Source: an uncultured Lutibacter sp.
GTDB lineage: Bacteria > Bacteroidota > Bacteroidia > Flavobacteriales > Flavobacteriaceae
NCBI GenBank assembly: GCA_964491495.1
Contig: CAZBGP010000001.1
Coordinates: 7,686-65,850 of the forward strand
Reading direction: 5' to 3'
DNA length: 58,165 nt
Shown here: positions 51,379-58,165 of the stretch, one piece after another
Position numbering within the stretch: the stretch's first letter is position 1
Layout: each line of letters starts with the position of its first letter
Notes under the pieces: generated by a model
Told to the model about the DNA's origin: nothing
What the model saw: only the letters and a program-made list of their open reading frames with translations
Databases searched by the model: none
Program-made: the position numbers and the translations under genes

Positions 51379-53319
51379 ATGATGAATAAACTTTCAGATT
51401 GGTTGCCTACCACTAACAAAGAGGTGAAACTCAGAGGTTGGGATGAACTTGATGTAATATTATTTACAGGTGATGCCTATGTGGATCATCCTGCGTTTGG
51501 CGCAGCTGTGATTGGCCGTCTTTTGGAAAGTTATGGATTAAGAGTGGCAATTGTACCACAACCGAGTGTACACGATAATTTGCAGGATTTCACCAAATTG
51601 GGTGCGCCAAAATTGTTTTTTGCAGTTACCGGCGGTTGCATGGATCCGATGGTAAGCAATTACACCGCCAGCAAAAGAAAGCGCGACAATGATGCTTATA
51701 CACCAAACGGCGATAAAGGTTTCAGGCCCGATTATGCAACTACCGTTTATTCAACTATTTTAAAGGAAAAGTTTCCTGAAGTTCCGGTTTTGATTGGCGG
51801 AATTGAGGCTTCACTTAGACGAGTTACCCATTATGATTATTGGAGTGACACTTTAAAGCCAACCATTTTAATCGATTCAAAAGCCGATTTGCTGGTTTAT
51901 GGAATGGGCGAACAACCGTTGCACGAAATTGTTAATTTATTGAAGAAAGGCGTGCCTTTTTCAAGCATCAGAACGGTAAAACAAACTGCTTTTTTGGTTG
52001 ATAAAAACGATGAAATTCCTAAAAATAAAAACTGGGAAGATGTAACCATCAATTCACATAAAATTTGTTTAAAGGATAAAAAATCCTATGCTGCAAATTT
52101 TAAAGTGATTGAACAGGAATCCAATAAATTGCACGCAAACCGTATTTTGCAAGAAGTGAACGATTATACGTTGGTGATAAATCCGCCTTATGAAACCATG
52201 ACAGAAGCCGAAATTGACGCTTCTTTCGATTTGCCTTACACGCGCTTGCCGCATCCAAAATACAATTTACGCGGACCAATTCCCGCGTTTGAAATGATTA
52301 AATTTTCCATCAATATCCATCGTGGTTGTTTTGGCGGCTGCAGTTTTTGTACCATTTCGGCACATCAGGGGAAATTTATTGCCAGCAGAAGTCAGGAGTC
52401 TATTTTAAAAGAAGTGGACAAAGTTGCGAACATGCCCGATTTTAAAGGCTATTTGTCGGATATTGGCGGACCATCGGCAAATATGTACAAAATGAAAGGA
52501 AAAGTGCAGGAAATTTGCGACAGATGTGTTTCGCCTTCTTGTATTTCTCCTGTGATTTGTCATAATTTAGACACTTCACACAAACCCTTAACAGAACTTT
52601 ACAAGGCAGTTGACAAACATCCGAAAGTAAAAAAATCATTTATAGGAAGCGGAATTCGACACGATTTGTTGGTGCCGGAATTCAACAAACTGGCCGATCC
52701 AAAAGAATTGGATGCGTATACAGAAGAAGTGATGACCAACCATGTTTCCGGCCGATTGAAAGTGGCACCGGAACATACATCAGACAATGTGTTGAAATTG
52801 ATGCGAAAACCTTCTTTCACATATTTCCATAAATTTAAAGAGCGTTTTGACGCCATCAATATTCGTAAAAAACTTAATCTGCAACTGATTCCATATTTTA
52901 TTTCCAGTCATCCGGCTTGTGAATTGGAAGATATGGCAAATTTGGCCGCAGAAACTAAAGATATGGGCTTTCAATTAGAACAGGTTCAGGGTTTTACGCC
53001 AACGCCAATGACAGTTGCTACAGTTATTTATTATAGCGGTTATCATCCTTATACGATGAAACCAACAAAAACACCAAGGACCAAACAGGAAAAAGACGAA
53101 CAACACCGATTTTTCTTTTGGTATAAAAAAGAAAATCAGCAATGGATCAGAAATACCCTCACAAAAGTTGGCCGAACAGACTTGTTACAAAAATTGTTAC
53201 CTGAGAATAACAGCTGGCGAAAAAACAAAAATGCACCGGCCAAAAACACTTTTAATGACGCCGTTCCCTTTAAATCAGCAGAGAAAGGGAAATTTTTCAA
53301 AAAAAATAAAACAAAATAA
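51379..53319 (+). CDS. ygiQ: YgiQ-family radical SAM protein
   Basis: GDAYVDHP, GGIEASLRR..HYDYW, RGCFGGCSFC, LKVAPEH, FTPTPMT; ATG at 51379 or 51382. Confidence 0.9.
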   Translation: MMNKLSDWLPTTNKEVKLRGWDELDVILFTGDAYVDHPAFGAAVIGRLLESYGLRVAIVPQPSVHDNLQDFTKLGAPKLFFAVTGGCMDPMVSNYTASKRKRDNDAYTPNGDKGFRPDYATTVYSTILKEKFPEVPVLIGGIEASLRRVTHYDYWSDTLKPTILIDSKADLLVYGMGEQPLHEIVNLLKKGVPFSSIRTVKQTAFLVDKNDEIPKNKNWEDVTINSHKICLKDKKSYAANFKVIEQESNKLHANRILQEVNDYTLVINPPYETMTEAEIDASFDLPYTRLPHPKYNLRGPIPAFEMIKFSINIHRGCFGGCSFCTISAHQGKFIASRSQESILKEVDKVANMPDFKGYLSDIGGPSANMYKMKGKVQEICDRCVSPSCISPVICHNLDTSHKPLTELYKAVDKHPKVKKSFIGSGIRHDLLVPEFNKLADPKELDAYTEEVMTNHVSGRLKVAPEHTSDNVLKLMRKPSFTYFHKFKERFDAINIRKKLNLQLIPYFISSHPACELEDMANLAAETKDMGFQLEQVQGFTPTPMTVATVIYYSGYHPYTMKPTKTPRTKQEKDEQHRFFFWYKKENQQWIRNTLTKVGRTDLLQKLLPENNSWRKNKNAPAKNTFNDAVPFKSAEKGKFFKKNKTK

Positions 53320-53387
53320 TTTGGCATTAGAAATTTAGGACTTTAATTTAATTCCTAAATTTGCTTTTACCTTAAACGATACAAATA

Positions 53388-54989
53388 ATGAAAAAATTAT
53401 TCTTATTTTTTTTATTGTTTTCAGCTTCTTTAATTGCCCAGAATAAAGTTAAAGTCGATTTAAGCAATCCAAATGCAACAATTTATACCCACTTATATTT
53501 TTTAAATTCCAATTCTTATGCGCCCCAAAAATCCGCTACTACAATTTATGGTTATGATGGCATCCAAGCACAGGAAATTGCAATCAAACTAAAGACAATC
53601 ATGGATGCTAAAGGACTTAAAGTCGATTTTAGCAAAGTACCAACCGATAGCATATATTCAGATACCACAATTACCAAAAGTAGAAATCAATACCTTTTAT
53701 TTCCAAACAAAATGCCTGAAATATATTTGGAAAAAATTGAAGACAATTGGTATTATTCCAAAGAAACTTCCGTTAAAGTTTTGGAAATTTATGATTTGAT
53801 GTATCCTTGGTATTCTGAAAAATTACAGGAAATGATCCCTGAAGTAGGACACCGAAAACTCTTTAATGTTGAACTTTGGCAGTACTTTGGTTTGCTTATT
53901 TTGCTGATTATCAGTATCGGTTTGTTTTATGTGTTGCGAAAAATTGTTTATTTTATTTTAAATAAAATTCAGCATTTAATCATCAACATATCGAATGACG
54001 AGATTAAATCTTCTTTAAAAAAACTGACACGCCCGGTTGTTTTATTGATTTTAATGGCCTTTATCAAAAATACCTTGCCTTCTTTGGTGCTGCACATTGA
54101 TGTTTACAACTTCCTGTTTTTAACAATAAATATTATGGTTATTGTTTTTTGGATTTATGTATTCATGAAATTGGTTTTGGTAATTATGAGTATTTATGCC
54201 AAATATGCTGAATCTACCGTTTCTAAATTAGATGACCAACTGGTGCCAGTGTTGAAAAATTTCTTAATGGGAATGGTCATATTTGGCGGATTACTTAAAT
54301 TATTGACACTGTTTGGCGTTGATCCGGTTACCGTTATTGCAGGAGCTTCCATTGGTGGTATTGCAATTGCGTTGGCTTCACAGGATACGGTGAAAAACTT
54401 TATTGGAACCATTATGATTTTTGTCGATAAACCTTTTCATATTGGCGATTGGATTGAAGCAGGAACCGTAGTTGGGACCGTTGAAACGGTTGGTTTTAGA
54501 TCAACAACAGTGAGAGCGGCCGATACCACAATTTTCCAGATTCCGAACAGCCAACTTTCAGAAATGGTGGTAAATAACAAAGGTTTGCGTTCTTTCCGTC
54601 GATACACCACAAATTTGGGTATTCGTTATGATACGCCTCCCGAACTTATTGAGGCTTTTGTACAAGGCATCAGAAGAATAATTGAATTGGATCCTGCAAC
54701 CAGAACAGAAGAATATAATGTTGAATTTGCGGGTTTTGCCGATTCATCATTATCGATACTTTTAAATGTATATTTTGTGAATTTGGATTGGAACAGTGAG
54801 CAAACATCAAAACATAAATTGCATATGAAGATTTTGAAATTAGCGCATAATTTGGGCGTAGGTTTTGCATTTCCTTCATCAACTGTTATGATTGAACAAT
54901 TTCCTGATAAACCGGTATTCGATATCAATTATAATATCGATGAAAATAGAATTCAGAAAATATTGGATGATATTAATAAAAATGAATAA
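53388..54989 (+). CDS. MscS-family mechanosensitive channel with periplasmic N-terminal domain
   Basis: ALASQDTVKNF, DKPFHIGDWI, GTVETVGFRST, IPNSQL, FAFPS. Confidence 0.9.
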   Translation: MKKLFLFFLLFSASLIAQNKVKVDLSNPNATIYTHLYFLNSNSYAPQKSATTIYGYDGIQAQEIAIKLKTIMDAKGLKVDFSKVPTDSIYSDTTITKSRNQYLLFPNKMPEIYLEKIEDNWYYSKETSVKVLEIYDLMYPWYSEKLQEMIPEVGHRKLFNVELWQYFGLLILLIISIGLFYVLRKIVYFILNKIQHLIINISNDEIKSSLKKLTRPVVLLILMAFIKNTLPSLVLHIDVYNFLFLTINIMVIVFWIYVFMKLVLVIMSIYAKYAESTVSKLDDQLVPVLKNFLMGMVIFGGLLKLLTLFGVDPVTVIAGASIGGIAIALASQDTVKNFIGTIMIFVDKPFHIGDWIEAGTVVGTVETVGFRSTTVRAADTTIFQIPNSQLSEMVVNNKGLRSFRRYTTNLGIRYDTPPELIEAFVQGIRRIIELDPATRTEEYNVEFAGFADSSLSILLNVYFVNLDWNSEQTSKHKLHMKILKLAHNLGVGFAFPSSTVMIEQFPDKPVFDINYNIDENRIQKILDDINKNE

Positions 54990-54990
54990 A

Positions 54991-56640
54991 ATGAAGAAAA
55001 TCCTATTCATCCTTGTCGCAATCATGTTGTTTTCTTGCAAGGAAAACAACAACGCACGCAAACCCGTAAAACAAGTTACTGTAGTACAAAACTGGACAGA
55101 TATGCAAAAGAAATTGAGTAAATATACCACTTTTAAGTTGACATCAGACTTAAGTGTTTTAACAGAAAATGAGCGCAAAATGTTGCCGATTCTGATAAAA
55201 GCAGCTGCGATAATGAATAAATTGTTTTGGTATGAAGCTTATGGAGAAAAAAACCAACTTTTAGACAGCATTTCAAATGAAGATACCAAAAAATTTATTG
55301 ATATAAATTACGGGCCTTGGGACAGGCTAGAAGGAAATAAACCTTTTGTTGATGGCATTGGAAGCAAACCAGCGGGCGCTAATTTTTATCCGACCGATAT
55401 GACAAAGTTGGAATTTGATGCGTTTACCGATGAATCCAAATTGAGTTTATACACTTTTGTCAGAAGAAATAAAGAGGGAAATCTTTTTACAATCCCTTAT
55501 CATGTTCAGTTTAAAAATGAAGTGAGAGAAGTTGCCATTTTACTGTTGGAAGCTTCAAAATTAGCCGATGACGAAGGACTTAAAAATTATTTGGAATTGC
55601 GTGCACAAGCATTTTTGGACGATAAATATCAAGCTAGTGATTTGGCTTGGATGGATATGAAAACCAATACGCTTGATATTGTGATTGGCCCAATTGAAAC
55701 TTATGAAGACCAACTTTTTGGCAATAAAGCTGCGCACGAGGCTTATGTGCTGATAAAAGATCAGGTTTGGAGTGAAAAATTAGCGCGTTTTGCCAGTTTT
55801 TTACCGGAATTGCAAACTGGACTTCCAGTTTCAGAAACTTACAAGAGTGAAATTCCCGGAACTGATTCCGATTTAAATGCTTATGATATAGTTTATTATG
55901 CTGGAGATTGTAATGCGGGCAGCAAAACAATCGCTATTAATTTGCCAAATGATGAAACGGTTCAATTGCAAAAAGGCACAAGAAGATTGCAGTTAAAAAA
56001 TGCGATGCGCGCAAAATTCGATATCATCTTAAAACCAATTTCTGAAGTTTTAATTGATTCAAGCCAACAAAAATACATCACTTTCGATGCTTTTTTTGCC
56101 AACACGATGTTTCATGAAGTGGCGCACGGATTGGGTATCAAAAATACCATCAACAATAAAGGCTCCGTTAGAAATGCATTAAAAGAACAAGCTTCAGCCC
56201 TGGAAGAAGGAAAAGCTGATATTTTGGGTTTGTATATGGTGCAGCAATTGCATAAAAAAGGCGAATTGGAGGGCGATATGAAAGATTATATGACCACTTT
56301 TATGGCAGGTATTTTTCGCTCTGTGCGTTTCGGTGCTTCAAGTGCTCATGGAAAAGCAAATATGATTCGATTTAATTTCTTTAAGGAAAAGGGTGCTTTT
56401 ACAAAAAATGAAAATGGCACTTTTAAAGTAAATTATGATAAAATGGAAGAGGCAATACGCCAGTTATCTTACTTAATTTTGACTTTACAGGGTAATGGTG
56501 ATTATGATGGTGTTGTTAAATTGGTTGAAGAAAAAGGTATCATTTCTGCTGATTTACAGCGTGATTTGGACAAGTTGAGCAAAGCCAACATCCCTGTTGA
56601 TGTTATTTTTGAGCAAGGGATTGAAGTTTTAGGATTGTGA
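54991..56640 (+). CDS. Peptidase M49 (dipeptidyl-peptidase III-like) lipoprotein
   Basis: Lipobox LFSC, GANFYP.D, IGPIETYED, INLPND, HEVAHGLG, EEGKAD; start moved to MKKILF. Confidence 0.82.
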   Translation: MKKILFILVAIMLFSCKENNNARKPVKQVTVVQNWTDMQKKLSKYTTFKLTSDLSVLTENERKMLPILIKAAAIMNKLFWYEAYGEKNQLLDSISNEDTKKFIDINYGPWDRLEGNKPFVDGIGSKPAGANFYPTDMTKLEFDAFTDESKLSLYTFVRRNKEGNLFTIPYHVQFKNEVREVAILLLEASKLADDEGLKNYLELRAQAFLDDKYQASDLAWMDMKTNTLDIVIGPIETYEDQLFGNKAAHEAYVLIKDQVWSEKLARFASFLPELQTGLPVSETYKSEIPGTDSDLNAYDIVYYAGDCNAGSKTIAINLPNDETVQLQKGTRRLQLKNAMRAKFDIILKPISEVLIDSSQQKYITFDAFFANTMFHEVAHGLGIKNTINNKGSVRNALKEQASALEEGKADILGLYMVQQLHKKGELEGDMKDYMTTFMAGIFRSVRFGASSAHGKANMIRFNFFKEKGAFTKNENGTFKVNYDKMEEAIRQLSYLILTLQGNGDYDGVVKLVEEKGIISADLQRDLDKLSKANIPVDVIFEQGIEVLGL

Positions 56641-56660
56641 CGAAAAGCAGTTATTAAAAT

Positions 56661-56692
56661 AAAAAAGGAGCCTTCAATTGAAGGCTCCTTTT
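56661..56692. terminator. Bidirectional terminator between convergent peptidase genes
   Basis: Perfect palindrome AAAAGGAGCCTTCAA|TTGAAGGCTCCTTTT. Confidence 0.8.
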
Positions 56693-56711
56693 ATGAGTAT
56701 TATATTCTTAA

Positions 56712-58163
56712 TTAAGATTTCGGATCTAAAAATCCATCTACACGTTTGGCAATATCTTGTAAATGATATTTCGTATTCGTATTTGTTGTGGCTAGTGCAG
56801 CTCTTTGTGCTGCAGCTTTCACACGGTTTAATTCTCCACGAACAACAGCTACAATATCAGATTGATTTACCGTTACCGATGTAATTTTTACATAACTTGA
56901 ATTTCTTCCGCTTGGTTTAACGTCTTTTGCAGTCATTAAAAAACCAAGTCTGTCAACATAAGCTCTTTGTAAATTTCTTCTGTACGTGTCAATATTTTTA
57001 CCTGTGTTTAATTCAGACCAAATACCGCTTTGTAAATCATTTATCATCGAAATTAAAGTATAGGAATTGGTGCCATTTAAGGTTTCATTCTCAATCATTC
57101 TCATCATTCTTCCAAGGTCCAAAATATTGTTTAAAGTTCTTACTTGTGTAGCCCTAACTCTTTCAGTTACTCCGGAATATTCAGTTCTTCCAATAATATC
57201 TTTGTCAATTAACCAGGTAGGCGTTTCAAACAATTCTTTATTTACAAATTTTAAACATTCCTTTTGATGTGTTTTGTCAACATGTTTGTATACAGGGCCG
57301 GCTTGGTCAGAAGTTTTATAGGTTTCTTGAACACCTCCTAAATTTGAAGAAACATGGCCCATATATCTGTTGAATTGTGCAAGCACATGGCCATACATTG
57401 TTTCCAAATCATCATAATTTTTACCTTTTTCAGAAGTCCATTTTATAAGATTTGGCACTATTCGCTTTAAGTTAGCAATTCCATAAGCACTTGCTTTAAT
57501 GGCATTATCACCTAAATCTTCGGTTTGGGAGCTTGGGTCCACAACTTCACCGGCTTGTTGTTGTCCAAAACGATATAATGGATCACCGCTATGTTTTAAA
57601 ATCCAGCTATCCAATGTCTCTTTTTCATCTTCAGCAGTTTTTGCATCTAAAATAGGTCGGTAACCCCAACTCATGGCATATTTGTCATATACGCCAATGT
57701 TTGGCATTAACGCAACGCCTTCATCGCCAGGTTGTGCGATATAGTTAAAACGTGCATAGTCCATAATAGAAGGTGCAGTTCCATGCCTTTTGGTAAAAGC
57801 TGCAGAACGCAGTGAATCTACCGGATAAGAAGCACTGCTTCCCATATTGTGCGGCAATCCTAAAGTATGGCCAACTTCGTGAGAAGAAACGAATTTTATC
57901 AATTCACCCATAACTTCATCTTTAAATGCAGCTGTTTGTGCATCAGGATTTATAGCGGCTGTTTGTACAAAAAACCAACCTTGCAGTAAACTCATCACGT
58001 TGTGATACCAGTTAATGTCAGATTCTAAAATTTCTCCTGAGCGAGGATCGCTCACATGCGGGCCATTGGCATTTGGAATTGGAGAAGCTAAATACCGAAC
58101 TACGGAATACCGAACATCTTCCGGGCTCCATTCTGGGTCTTCTTCTTTTGTAGGCGGATCTTT
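56712..58163 (-). CDS. Zinc-dependent metzincin metalloprotease (EcxA-like), 5' end truncated by the window edge
   Basis: HEVGHTLGLPHN, Met-turn SIMDY, DPRSGEILE; the frame stays open upstream of 58055 (KDPPTKEEDPEWSPEDVRYSVVRY). Confidence 0.88.
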   Translation of the reverse strand, partial: KDPPTKEEDPEWSPEDVRYSVVRYLASPIPNANGPHVSDPRSGEILESDINWYHNVMSLLQGWFFVQTAAINPDAQTAAFKDEVMGELIKFVSSHEVGHTLGLPHNMGSSASYPVDSLRSAAFTKRHGTAPSIMDYARFNYIAQPGDEGVALMPNIGVYDKYAMSWGYRPILDAKTAEDEKETLDSWILKHSGDPLYRFGQQQAGEVVDPSSQTEDLGDNAIKASAYGIANLKRIVPNLIKWTSEKGKNYDDLETMYGHVLAQFNRYMGHVSSNLGGVQETYKTSDQAGPVYKHVDKTHQKECLKFVNKELFETPTWLIDKDIIGRTEYSGVTERVRATQVRTLNNILDLGRMMRMIENETLNGTNSYTLISMINDLQSGIWSELNTGKNIDTYRRNLQRAYVDRLGFLMTAKDVKPSGRNSSYVKITSVTVNQSDIVAVVRGELNRVKAAAQRAALATTNTNTKYHLQDIAKRVDGFLDPKS

Positions 58164-58165
58164 TG

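Noticed and set aside
54892-54990. Apparent 98-bp overlap of the peptidase ORF with mscS
   Set aside because: This is an artefact of longest-ORF calling; the signal peptide begins at the ATG at 54991.

Overview
AT-rich core-genome segment of a Flavobacteriaceae (Bacteroidota) chromosome. The assignment rests on TAnnTTTG -7 promoters, the absence of Shine-Dalgarno sites, a short primary sigma factor, gldKLMN, porT, tamL and xrtF. The window holds about 47 intact CDS and one tRNA-Glu. Functions include K+ uptake (Trk/Ktr), rpe, rpoD, the exosortase F pair, purH-mreBCD-mrdA-rodA, rpsT, proS, a lipoprotein/FadL-barrel pair, nfu-menG-porT, tamL, fbaA, accD, rpsO-pnp, groESL, miaB-sigma54 activator-lptE-TPR-secG, topA, gldKLMN, an ABC-F protein, ygiQ, mscS and two metallopeptidases. 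I saw no prophage, CRISPR array, defence island or intact transposase, and no obvious large novel system. The best leads are small. (1) A candidate sigma-54 circuit: a sensor-less enhancer-binding protein, a shared TGACA-N3-TGGCA box upstream of its own operon and of groES, and -24/-12 motifs at groES and at the lipoprotein-FadL operon. (2) A lipoprotein that fuses a heavy-metal-binding domain to a 9-Cys metallothionein-like tail. (3) An ECF-type promoter upstream of rpoD. (4) A structured GC-rich intergenic element. (5) An orphan IS3-type end inside a broken terminator. (6) A CA-only loop in the pnp leader. All calls come from reading the sequence and translations by eye; no searches were run.
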